DNA of 64,000 nucleotides from a virus: IMG/VR virus record IMGVR_UViG_3300037808_001962, positions 5,257 to 69,256 of that record; one strand, 5' to 3'. Shown piece by piece: positions 47,067 to 55,813 of this stretch (position 1 is its first letter; each line of letters starts with the position of its first letter). The notes under the pieces were generated by a model. It saw only the letters and a program-made list of their open reading frames with translations, ran no database searches and was not told where the DNA came from. The position numbers and the translations under genes were made by a program.

Positions 47067-47478
47067 TCTTATGCTCCTTTATCATCTGTTTATTAATCCT
47101 CCCTAAATCTTGTAAAATACTATTAAAAGTATAATGGAAGAGGTGGGTTAAAATCTCATCATTGTCCTTCCCTAAGGGTATTCCTACTTTAGTTAAGGTA
47201 TTAATTGCGTAATGTATAATTTCATGTCCTAGTATTGCTATATCATTACTATCTAAGGGATTATATTTTTCTAGCCATATATAATGTTTGTAGCTATTCT
47301 CGGGGGAGGCATGAAAAGCACTACACCATTCCGGAAAAATAAAATAATTACCGGGGTGTCTCCTATTCAAATCAGCCTCTAAAGAGATCTTATCTGTACC
47401 TACAAAAAGAGCCAGAGTAGAACCAAAGATCGGCTCTGAACAGGTAACGGTTATTGCTTCACTCATATTTAATCCCAT
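47038..47478 (-). CDS. Hypothetical protein with HExxH motif
   Basis: ILGHEIIHY...NDEIL, zinc metallopeptidase-like. Confidence 0.55.
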   Translation of the reverse strand: MGLNMSEAITVTCSEPIFGSTLALFVGTDKISLEADLNRRHPGNYFIFPEWCSAFHASPENSYKHYIWLEKYNPLDSNDIAILGHEIIHYAINTLTKVGIPLGKDNDEILTHLFHYTFNSILQDLGRINKQMIKEHKNGAKKRSKT

Positions 47479-48035
47479 AGGGTAAAGAGGTGTTTTCCAA
47501 GAAGACTAAAAGCGCGCTTAGACTTTTTCTCAAGTAGTTTAATATTATCTTTATCTAAGATACTAAGAGTAGACAGAGTTTGAGCAGCCTCTAGTCCTTC
47601 TATCATTTCATCTAAAATTAAGTTAAATCTCTTATTCCCTCTTATTATACCACCCTTTGTAGCGATACCCTCTTTATCTAGGTCCCTAGTTTTAAACATA
47701 GAACAAGGTACCCCATGTTTATTAGCCCTTAGCCAATGTAATTGGGGGATTATTGTATCTAGCAGCCAGCTCCCAGTATCCCAATTATCCATATAGGAAT
47801 ATCCGTATCTAGCCCTTTGATACCAGTGTTTAAATTTGCCTGGACGTATTCTTTCCCATATTGTCCATACAAAAAACCGATAAAGGGGGTAATAGAGCCA
47901 ATCTTCCCACCTTGCTATAAGCCAACCGCGTTGAGCTTTGTGATCATCCATCATTTCTTCTAAATGGTCATAACAAAAAGCCTCGCCTTCAGTCTTTATA
48001 CAACCATTATGTTCTTCACTATGTACCCTTTTCAT
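47469..48035 (-). CDS. Hypothetical phage protein
   Basis: 188 aa; WYQRARYG...W...ILDEMIEG...LWD; SD GGAGG. Confidence 0.65.
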   Translation of the reverse strand: MKRVHSEEHNGCIKTEGEAFCYDHLEEMMDDHKAQRGWLIARWEDWLYYPLYRFFVWTIWERIRPGKFKHWYQRARYGYSYMDNWDTGSWLLDTIIPQLHWLRANKHGVPCSMFKTRDLDKEGIATKGGIIRGNKRFNLILDEMIEGLEAAQTLSTLSILDKDNIKLLEKKSKRAFSLLGKHLFTLWD

Positions 48036-48057
48036 TATAATCCTCCTTTATTATACC

Positions 48058-48588
48058 TCATTTATCAAGCCCCTTTTCCTGGATAAAATTCTTTATTTCC
48101 CCAGACCCACTACGAATAGGGAAAGTATTAAGAGTAGTTCGGTCTAGGTACTTAGTATATCTATACTCTAGGGCCTCTAATTGGGGGAAGTCAATATAGC
48201 TATCTCCCCTAAATTCCATTCGTTTTTTAACCTCGGACATGGGAGCATGTATATATAGTAAAGCATGATCTAGGTCTTTTACTTCCCCCTCTAAGAGATA
48301 ATAAAAAGGGTCCTCTAAAGCCTCATACCCTCTTTTAATTTTTGAATAAACTAATTCTGAGGGGAAAAACCGGTCAACTACCAGATTACCATTAAAGGGG
48401 GCAACTAGGTCCCTATAGAATTTTAGCATAATATGGTAGGTCTCTTTTAAAGAGTCAATTGAAGAGGCAGTAGACTGTTTAGGTATATTTAGCTGCTTTA
48501 AAAAAAAGCAGTTACTTATATTTTTACTTAAATATTCCCCCACATAGGTTTTACCCGCGCAATCAATACCCTCTAAAATAATAAACAT
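48058..48588 (-). CDS. tmk: Thymidylate (dNMP) kinase-like
   Basis: ILEGIDCAGKT, VVDRFFPSELVY, RMEFRG. Confidence 0.85.
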   Translation of the reverse strand: MFIILEGIDCAGKTYVGEYLSKNISNCFFLKQLNIPKQSTASSIDSLKETYHIMLKFYRDLVAPFNGNLVVDRFFPSELVYSKIKRGYEALEDPFYYLLEGEVKDLDHALLYIHAPMSEVKKRMEFRGDSYIDFPQLEALEYRYTKYLDRTTLNTFPIRSGSGEIKNFIQEKGLDK

Positions 48589-49037
48589 TATTTAAGCCTT
48601 AGAATCCCATCAGCTAAAATTCCTAATTTATTAGAGTTATTCAATTCCCTAAGAACCCTACCTACCCTAGTAGTGGGCTTTTTTCCCGTAACCCCATAAC
48701 CGTATTCTTCTGAAACTAAATCAACTATTGATTCTTTAGTAAATTTACCCTCCTTAATTAGACTCATTATAAATTGTTTTCTAGAAACTTTAGCGGGCTT
48801 ATTTGAAATTCTAGTTTTTGTTTCTTTGGCCTCCTCTTTGGCTTCTTTAGTTTTGATAGCTACCTCTTCTAGTGCAACCTGGTAAGCTTCATATACAGCA
48901 GTTACCATTTCATCTCTAGTCAAATCCGGATCTATATCAACCCTTAGCTCTTCTTTAATAACCCCTACTATTTCTTTATTATTAAGTAAAGGGGAATTGA
49001 TAATATTAGATATATCATCTCTGGTTAGTGCTTGCAT
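48588..49037 (-). CDS. Hypothetical protein, C-terminal winged-helix-like
   Basis: 149 aa; SRKQFIMSLI...TKESIV...VGRVLREL; SD GGAG. Confidence 0.55.
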   Translation of the reverse strand: MQALTRDDISNIINSPLLNNKEIVGVIKEELRVDIDPDLTRDEMVTAVYEAYQVALEEVAIKTKEAKEEAKETKTRISNKPAKVSRKQFIMSLIKEGKFTKESIVDLVSEEYGYGVTGKKPTTRVGRVLRELNNSNKLGILADGILRLK

Positions 49038-49050
49038 TTGTTTTATCTCC

Positions 49051-49314
49051 TTATTTAAGGTTCTTAATAAATTGGTCTACAAACTCTGTAGACTTTGGCT
49101 TTTCTAATTGAGCTAGTTTCCATGCATGGTCTTCAAAAGCTTTTTTCTCTTTTTTTGGTAGACCATTAACATAATGTTTGATACAGGTGATCACAAACTG
49201 TGACCAACTAGAATCAGGAAACTTAGCTGCAGCATATTGTTCACAGATCTTTATAAAATTCCTATCATACTTTGGAATATATATAGAAGTGTTCCCATAA
49301 GATGCATTAGACAT
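49051..49314 (-). CDS. Hypothetical protein, possible ribbon-helix-helix
   Basis: TSIYIP...SWSQFVITCIKHY. Confidence 0.5.
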   Translation of the reverse strand: MSNASYGNTSIYIPKYDRNFIKICEQYAAAKFPDSSWSQFVITCIKHYVNGLPKKEKKAFEDHAWKLAQLEKPKSTEFVDQFIKNLK

Positions 49315-50755
49315 AGTTTACCTCCCTTAGTGGTTCTATTTGAAATTCTTCTTCTTTTTTATAGGTCCTTAATCGGGCCTTAGAATGCTTTAATAGCATA
49401 CCGCCATCATTATCATAAAAGTCTATAATCCTAGCATTCTCTTTATTTTCAGATTTCCTTAAAGCTCTTCCTACCCTTTGAATCGTTTGTTTATTAGACT
49501 TTCCCCCTCCCGCCATAATAATAACATCCATTGAGGGGATATTTACCCCCTCATTAACAACGGTACTAATTAGTATCTTTATTGTTTTATTAGAAAAATC
49601 CTCTAAAATTTGTTTACGTTCATCAGAGGGAGTCTTTCCAGACATAAAAACTGCTTCTTCTATTAAATCATTGAGAATATTACCGTGTTCTTCAACTCGA
49701 GTAACTACAATTAATACACTTTTGCCCTTCCGGGAAAATTGCTGGGCTAAACGAATAATCAGATTATTTCTATAATTATTCTTTAAAATATTTTCCTTAT
49801 AGGCAATTGGCCAATCACTATAGCGCTGAAGGCAATCAACCTTATACACTTCTATTACGGGACGGGTTAATAGCCCTCTTTTTATCAAATTACTACTACT
49901 TATATGATGTAAAACTCCTCCCGTAGCAGCAGTCAGTAATTCTCTCTCTAAGGACCCCTCGTCTCCCGGTGTAGCAGTAAAGCCTATCCTAAAATATGCA
50001 TCAATTAATTGAGCTATTTGGAAGTAGGTATTTTGAACTTTATTTTTACCCGCTATATTGATATGATGAGCCTCATCAATTAATAAAGCCTGACAATATT
50101 TAGCAACCGTCCGAATAGCAGGGTCTTCACTCTTCAGTCGGGACCATAGAGATTGAACAGTAGAAATAGTTACTGTCTGGGGATTAAATTGTTTATCCCC
50201 AATAATTCCCACATATTGTTCTCCTAAAAACTTAGTTAATTCTTCCTCAGTTTGTAACAGTAGATTAATAGTGGGTACAATTACAATAGTGGGTAATAAT
50301 CCTAATTGCTCTATCAACTTAGCCATTACTATTGTTTTACCTGCCCCTGTAGCATGATGCACAATCCCCCTACCCCTGCTGATACAGAGCTCAAGAGCCT
50401 CATCTTGATAGTCACGTAGGGGAGGAACTAAACTCTCCTTAATTCGCTCTCTATCAATCGCCGGACGAACTCTTTTATCTTCAAAAGTTACATTATGTTT
50501 TAAAGCCTTAAGGTCTTTAAGAAAACCCCCCGTCCAGCCTGAGGGAAAACGCCCTTGATGATAATAAGAAATCCGATCTTTACATTTTCCTCTACGAGGG
50601 GGCCTAACACTCCAATCAGTGCCATAATACTCATATTCTTTAGTACACCAGCCCTTTACAAGCCTTAAGTCTTCTTCAGACCCTATAGCTTGGGTATAAC
50701 AATTATATATTTCTAAATGAATATTCATCATATATGGGGGTTGAAACCAGTTCAA
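49307..50755 (-). CDS. Superfamily 2 helicase (UvsW-like)
   Basis: LRDYQ, ATGAGKT, DEAHH, TATP, EGVNIP, QRVGRALR. Confidence 0.93.
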   Translation of the reverse strand: MNWFQPPYMMNIHLEIYNCYTQAIGSEEDLRLVKGWCTKEYEYYGTDWSVRPPRRGKCKDRISYYHQGRFPSGWTGGFLKDLKALKHNVTFEDKRVRPAIDRERIKESLVPPLRDYQDEALELCISRGRGIVHHATGAGKTIVMAKLIEQLGLLPTIVIVPTINLLLQTEEELTKFLGEQYVGIIGDKQFNPQTVTISTVQSLWSRLKSEDPAIRTVAKYCQALLIDEAHHINIAGKNKVQNTYFQIAQLIDAYFRIGFTATPGDEGSLERELLTAATGGVLHHISSSNLIKRGLLTRPVIEVYKVDCLQRYSDWPIAYKENILKNNYRNNLIIRLAQQFSRKGKSVLIVVTRVEEHGNILNDLIEEAVFMSGKTPSDERKQILEDFSNKTIKILISTVVNEGVNIPSMDVIIMAGGGKSNKQTIQRVGRALRKSENKENARIIDFYDNDGGMLLKHSKARLRTYKKEEEFQIEPLREVNYV

Positions 50756-51353
50756 TCAATCTTTCTATTCTTTGAAAATACTGACTAATAGCCGGTTTTG
50801 AAATATTAAGCATTTTACTTATAGTATCTCGACTAATATCGGGAAAAGCTATCTTTAATTGAAAACACTTTAAAACTCTTAACTCTGTTTTTATTTTAAC
50901 CTCAACTGCCGCTATTATTTGTTTATAAATTTCTTCTGACCAAGCATCGGCTATGGGCTGATAACTATCCTGGTGGACTAATTGAGAATAGATAATTTCT
51001 TCAATAGTTCTAGCATCCGGTTCCTCTCTAGTTGAGGAATCTAAACTAATTTTAGTCCCTAACTTAGAGGAACGGGTTATTTGCCTCAGCTCTTTAATTA
51101 ATAATTGAGTCATTCTAGTACGTATCCAAGAAAGTACTTTAGCCCCTCTCTCTTCTTGATAAGAATTTATAGCTTCTAATAGCCCTATTCTAGTAGCTTG
51201 AAGAAAATCATCAGTAGTTCTTGCCCCAGAAGGATCAAAGTACTTGTACGGATCTACCATATTAACTGTTAAAGTCCAAAGCTTATCAAAAACTAGTGAA
51301 CTCTTAGTCTCTTTATATTCCTTAACCATGCTTAATGCTTCTTGATTTGTCAT
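50703..51353 (-). CDS. Sigma-70-family RNA polymerase sigma factor
   Basis: DDFLQATRIGLLEAINSY...G..VLSW (region 2), ISLD, C-terminal HTH (SRDTISKMLNISKPAISQ). Confidence 0.85.
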   Translation of the reverse strand: MTNQEALSMVKEYKETKSSLVFDKLWTLTVNMVDPYKYFDPSGARTTDDFLQATRIGLLEAINSYQEERGAKVLSWIRTRMTQLLIKELRQITRSSKLGTKISLDSSTREEPDARTIEEIIYSQLVHQDSYQPIADAWSEEIYKQIIAAVEVKIKTELRVLKCFQLKIAFPDISRDTISKMLNISKPAISQYFQRIERLIELVSTPIYDEYSFRNI

Positions 51354-51384
51354 ATTGACCTCTTTTTGTTGATTAATGGTGTAT

Positions 51385-51424
51385 TTGACAAATCAAATAT
51401 AATATTATATTATAATATGATCAA
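51385..51424. promoter_or_regulatory. Overlapping divergent sigma70-like promoters
   Basis: + strand TTGACA(51385)-17 nt-TATTAT(51408); - strand TTGATC(51424)-17 nt-TATATT(51401) upstream of the sigma gene. Confidence 0.6.
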
Positions 51425-51444
51425 AATACTTTTTTCAACTTTTT

Positions 51445-52362
51445 TTAATCTCTTGTATTTAAAAAGTTAAACTCCCGATCAACAGGATGTAATTGGATAT
51501 AATTAACCATATTCCTAATTAGTTTTGAATCAATTCCTGTAGCCGAAATAGTACTAGATTCATAAAGAATTTTATAGGCTAATTGAAAATCTTCTTCTAT
51601 ATTAGTAGAACGTAACTCAGTTACGGGATGTTCCCATTGGGCCTCGTTAGCTTTTTCCAACTTATGAATAAGTTTTTCCAAGAAGTTTCTACCCTCTCGC
51701 TCCCTTTTCTTTGGATAATACATGTGAGTAGCAAAATGGAAATAGGACCCCAGCTTTAGCCCTAACTGGTGGGCAACGTATTTTTGAATAAAAGTATGGT
51801 GAAAAATATCATAAGGTAAAAGGTTAATTATATCATTAGTTCGCATATTAACAAAAAGGTTTAGTTTTTTATCTCTAACTAAAAAGTGGAGAGTAAGGGT
51901 ACAAGGTCTACGAGGAAACTCATTTTGACCCCAAAGATACATGGGAGTCCAAACATTCATAATAGCCTCACGTGAGGTTTTTTGCCGCTTCAATTGCTTT
52001 ACAATCTCGGGAATCTGCTCATTAAAAGCCTCCCCGTAGGCATAACAGAAGGTTCCCCCCTCTTTTACTAATTTTCTTCTCCAGGCAGGCCTATATTGAT
52101 AGGCCAAACCTGGATTTGCGTATTTTGCTGGGTTGTCAAATACTCCAGACATACGGTCAAACAATTCTTGAAAGCACCATTGCCAATTCTTCTTTTGAAA
52201 TAGAAGCCCCCGGTTGGGATTTGTCAACTCTAATTGGACCCCCATAAGGTCTCTAGTTTTACCCTCAAGGTGTCCCTTAGTTGAAACCCTTTTAATAAGC
52301 TCAATATACATTTCCGTTATATTATGTCCCTTAATATATTCCATCTTTCTGTCCCCTTTCAA
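51445..52362 (-). CDS. Thymidylate synthase-superfamily enzyme 3 (dCMP hydroxymethylase-like)
   Basis: AYG, SREA, RPCTLTLHF, MRTNDIINLLPYD, HMY; probable start at 52344 (MEYIKG). Confidence 0.85.
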   Translation of the reverse strand: MKGDRKMEYIKGHNITEMYIELIKRVSTKGHLEGKTRDLMGVQLELTNPNRGLLFQKKNWQWCFQELFDRMSGVFDNPAKYANPGLAYQYRPAWRRKLVKEGGTFCYAYGEAFNEQIPEIVKQLKRQKTSREAIMNVWTPMYLWGQNEFPRRPCTLTLHFLVRDKKLNLFVNMRTNDIINLLPYDIFHHTFIQKYVAHQLGLKLGSYFHFATHMYYPKKREREGRNFLEKLIHKLEKANEAQWEHPVTELRSTNIEEDFQLAYKILYESSTISATGIDSKLIRNMVNYIQLHPVDREFNFLNTRD

Positions 52363-53053
52363 CCTCTATAAGGTCTTGAGTAGTATTAATACTAAAACTC
52401 TTACCATCAGTTTTAATCATTTTTATATTATAGCCATAGTATAAGGCCCTTAGTTGTTCTAGATTTTCTATTACTTCAAGAGGAGACCGGGGGAGAGCAC
52501 AAAATTGACTAAGGCTTTTTGCGGTAAAACCATAAACCCCTAGATGTTCCCAACAATGGTATTCTCCATGAGGGACAACTGACCGTGAAAAATATAAAGC
52601 CTTGTCATAATGGTTTAATACTACTTTTACCTTAGATGGGTCCTTTAATCCCTCAGGAGGTAAAGGCTGACAGGCACTTACTAATAGGGTCTCCTGGTCT
52701 AAGCCTTGAGGATGATGAGCTATATAGTCTATAATATTGGTAATTAAGAGGGGATCAAGATTAAACTCATCCGCTTGTAAATTTATAATAGTCTCATCAT
52801 CCGGTAACTTTAGTAACCTAGTAGCCTCTGCCACTCTTTCCGTCCCATTTCGATGATGGGGAGAAGTTAACAAACAATCTATTTCAAACTTTTTTGCTAT
52901 TTCTTTAACCTCAATACTATCAGTAGCAATACATAATTCACCCAAGTGTTCTACTTGTTTTGCTACACCAATAACGAGAGGGAGCCCTCTTATCTCTATT
53001 AAGGCTTTACCCGGTAATCGGGTTGAATCTAATCTAGCGGGAATGATAATCAT
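52331..53053 (-). CDS. kdsB: CMP-Kdo synthetase (3-deoxy-manno-octulosonate cytidylyltransferase)
   Basis: IIPARLDSTRLPGKAL, ATD, NGTERV, NLQADE, VKVV, ALYFSR, HLGVY, ENLEQLR. Confidence 0.93.
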   Translation of the reverse strand: MIIIPARLDSTRLPGKALIEIRGLPLVIGVAKQVEHLGELCIATDSIEVKEIAKKFEIDCLLTSPHHRNGTERVAEATRLLKLPDDETIINLQADEFNLDPLLITNIIDYIAHHPQGLDQETLLVSACQPLPPEGLKDPSKVKVVLNHYDKALYFSRSVVPHGEYHCWEHLGVYGFTAKSLSQFCALPRSPLEVIENLEQLRALYYGYNIKMIKTDGKSFSINTTQDLIEVERGQKDGIY

Positions 53054-54384
53054 TAAAAATTACTCAAGTCTGAATCTTCGGAAGGACTAACTCCCAAAGT
53101 ATCTTCATTAAAGTCCATTAAAACTGTTCCTAAAGGCCCGTTTGATTGTTTAGCTACAATAACCTCCACCTCATCACTTAAAGAATCCGGAAAATAATAT
53201 TTTTCTCGGTATAATAATAAAATTAGACGGGCTACTTCATCAAAAGAGCCTGAATCTTTAAGGTCACTCATGACAGGGTGCTTATCACTTCTTTTTTCTA
53301 CTGACCTATTAATCTGGACTAAATTACATATATGACAATTAAATTCTTCAGCAATTCTAGACATTTCCCCCAATTTAACTCCTACGGTTTGAGCCTTATT
53401 TGACGCCACATTTACATCAACTAGTTTATCGAACAGGTCAAAGAATAAAACATCGATTTTAGTTTTTTGAGTTAATTGATATAGTAAAGACCTAACATCC
53501 GCTACTGATACCCCTCTTGAGGGAACAATGTGGTAATTGAGTTGATTATCTATTTCATCATTAGCTTTTTTAATTAAATCAACCCTATAGTCCCCCTTTT
53601 TCCAAGACCTTGAGTTCATAATCTCTTGTAAAGGGATTTGGGTGATTAAAGACTCAAGCCTATCTTGTTCAGTCATAAAACCTTGCTCTAGAGCAAAACT
53701 TAAAACCCCCTTACCCCCCCTTAGAAGCTGAAGAATTAAATTAGTCTTAAAACTGGATTTACCCATCCCTGGCCTACCTGCAATAATACTAATATCTCCA
53801 GGGTTTAGTCCACTAACAATTAAATCATCTAAAGGCTTCCATCCAAACTTAATATGGCTTTTAGTTTGGCGATCTAAATAGTCTTGTTTTCTTCTATCAT
53901 AGAATTGCCCTTGACTTATCACCTCTAGGCGAGAAGAATAATATGGGGTAGCTTTCCAAATCTCCTCCATAGTATATTTTAGAAAATCATCTTCGCCCAT
54001 AATATCGTCAAAGCCCTTTTTCATAATACCATCAGCAGCTAAAATAATCCTTCTTTTTACAACTTTATCCTGTAAAATATCTACATAAGTAGAAAACTCC
54101 GTATCACTAATACTTGACTCTACTAATTCAGTTAGTCTAAAAGCCCCGCCTATAGCCTCTAAAGTATTAGTGGACTTCAGTTCTTCAGTCAAGGTAATTA
54201 AACCAACATCTTTGCCAGCCTCAAATAATCTTTTAATTGATTCAAAGACTAAAGCATAGGGTTTTTTATGAAAATGATCACTAGTTAAATCGCTCATGCC
54301 TTTAGCTAAACATTTACGGCTAGTAATCATTAAGCCTAGAACAATAGTTTCAGCCTCTATATTTTGGGGTAACCTATCTGCCAT
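53053..54384 (-). CDS. dnaB: DnaB replicative helicase
   Basis: LPQNIEAE, AGRPGMGKS, ALE, QINR, SDLKDSG, VAKQSNGP. Confidence 0.95.
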   Translation of the reverse strand: MADRLPQNIEAETIVLGLMITSRKCLAKGMSDLTSDHFHKKPYALVFESIKRLFEAGKDVGLITLTEELKSTNTLEAIGGAFRLTELVESSISDTEFSTYVDILQDKVVKRRIILAADGIMKKGFDDIMGEDDFLKYTMEEIWKATPYYSSRLEVISQGQFYDRRKQDYLDRQTKSHIKFGWKPLDDLIVSGLNPGDISIIAGRPGMGKSSFKTNLILQLLRGGKGVLSFALEQGFMTEQDRLESLITQIPLQEIMNSRSWKKGDYRVDLIKKANDEIDNQLNYHIVPSRGVSVADVRSLLYQLTQKTKIDVLFFDLFDKLVDVNVASNKAQTVGVKLGEMSRIAEEFNCHICNLVQINRSVEKRSDKHPVMSDLKDSGSFDEVARLILLLYREKYYFPDSLSDEVEVIVAKQSNGPLGTVLMDFNEDTLGVSPSEDSDLSNF

Positions 54385-54924
54385 CTATAGCTCCAAGAAA
54401 GTACATTCGTCAGCCACCCGAAAGAAATTAGAAGAACCTATATGGGTCTCTAACTCAGTAGCACCAGAAGAAGTGGTTACAAAAAAAGGCAGTTTTCTAG
54501 AATATCTTTCGTATAATAAAGTATATAGCTTAGTTTTTTGTAATGTACTCCATAAAGCTAAGCCCATTTCTTGAAAAACCACTAGATCACTATTAACTAA
54601 ATCCTCAAACATCTTTCCTTCAGCCATAGAACGTTCCGAAAAATCCATTGTACCATAACGAACAAGATATGAAGGAATATCAACAATACTAACCCTATTT
54701 TTAAAGCGGTTAGCTTTATATAATTCCATAACAGTACGTCCCATTGTTTTGGTAGCCAATTTTGGGTTACCTTGAAATACAATACCCCCCGTACCCGGAA
54801 AAGAATTAATATATTCCAAAAGAAAATCAATAATAGTCGGAGAAAGTTCCAAATCTTTGAAACTTGATTCATAATCCTTTTCATAAAGCCCCCACAATTT
54901 TAAATATTTTTGTTCCATAGTCAT
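54385..54924 (-). CDS. DnaC/IstB-like helicase loader with degenerate ATPase motifs
   Basis: Between initiator and DnaB; GGIVFQGNP, DLVVFQEMG, LLYERY..KLPFFVTTS, FR; lacks GxGKT. Confidence 0.7.
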   Translation of the reverse strand: MTMEQKYLKLWGLYEKDYESSFKDLELSPTIIDFLLEYINSFPGTGGIVFQGNPKLATKTMGRTVMELYKANRFKNRVSIVDIPSYLVRYGTMDFSERSMAEGKMFEDLVNSDLVVFQEMGLALWSTLQKTKLYTLLYERYSRKLPFFVTTSSGATELETHIGSSNFFRVADECTFLEL

Positions 54925-54958
54925 TAAATATAGACAACCCCTTTCAAAAATTTATAGA

Positions 54959-55732
54959 TCATTTAATCTTTTTTATCTTTGTGTTAGTTTGCTTGGCCTG
55001 CCTAAACTTAGCTATAAATTGATGGAGATTATTTTCTATCTGCTTTAAAGAATTTAGCTTGTCTTGCCAAAACTCCTGGCCCTTAAAATAATCAACCGCC
55101 TCTTTCCATTCTTTAAGGGTATACTTATAAGTATTTAAAAGCCTTTTAGCTATAGCTAATTGTTTTAGTCGCCAATCTCTCGTCTTTGGTATACCATGTA
55201 GATGATACAAAGCATCCGATAAATAATTTACTAAATCTATAGACTCTTGTTTAACCGCTGCACGGGTAATCGTCAAGAGTTTATTCTTTAAGGTTACAGT
55301 TAAAGCTCTCTGATTTTTATTTAATTCGTAAAAGCTCGAGCGTATCTTATATTTATTACTCTTATTACTTATTTTTTTTATACTCCTGTAACTCTTATTA
55401 CTATTATCTTTACTATTATCTTTATTAGTATTATATATAATATCAGCGAGTTTTTTCTGGAGAAAAGTTTTCATTAAGAACTTCTGCTTCTTTTCCCCGA
55501 TTAGGTCAATTAAATCAAGATTACGTAGAGAGAGGAAGACGAGTTTTTTGTCGATCAGAGATTTTAGAGTAAAGACGAGCTTTTCACTCGAGAAACTCGT
55601 CAGTTTTTGTATTTTCTCGAAAGGGATCTCTTTTTCTTCACTGATGTATCTCATAATCATTACATAGAGCATAAGCTCATTTTTAGTTATTTTAGTTAAA
55701 AAGGGTAGGACCTTGTCTGAGATTTGTATCAT
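54959..55732 (-). CDS. Replication initiator-like protein (N-terminal HTH)
   Basis: First gene of the replication operon, upstream of loader and DnaB; HTH ...LKSLIDKKLV; low-complexity N/K linker; FWQDKLNSL..I..N C-terminal domain like phage replisome organisers. Confidence 0.7.
   Translation of the reverse strand: MIQISDKVLPFLTKITKNELMLYVMIMRYISEEKEIPFEKIQKLTSFSSEKLVFTLKSLIDKKLVFLSLRNLDLIDLIGEKKQKFLMKTFLQKKLADIIYNTNKDNSKDNSNKSYRSIKKISNKSNKYKIRSSFYELNKNQRALTVTLKNKLLTITRAAVKQESIDLVNYLSDALYHLHGIPKTRDWRLKQLAIAKRLLNTYKYTLKEWKEAVDYFKGQEFWQDKLNSLKQIENNLHQFIAKFRQAKQTNTKIKKIK
55330..55620. repeat. Probable replication origin: CGAG(T/C)TTT iterons plus AT-rich repeats
   Basis: Copies near 55447, 55540 and 55576 (+) and near 55330 and 55593 (-), flanking an AT-rich TTATTACT/TACTATTATCTTT tract at about 55345-55440. 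Confidence 0.6.
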
Positions 55733-55813
55733 GTCAATTTAATATATATAGAAAAATATTCTTTTTTTATGGATCTTAAAATTATTTGTTTACCTTTACT
55801 AAATTTAATTATT

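Noticed and set aside
37514-54384. Inteins or introns in polA, dnaG, dnaB or the helicase
   Set aside because: Protein lengths and motif spacing are normal; no intein termini or homing endonuclease motifs
55724-55813. N-terminal 30 codons of the tracked ORF 55724-56179
   Set aside because: They overlap the divergent promoter region; the signal peptide fits a start at 55814
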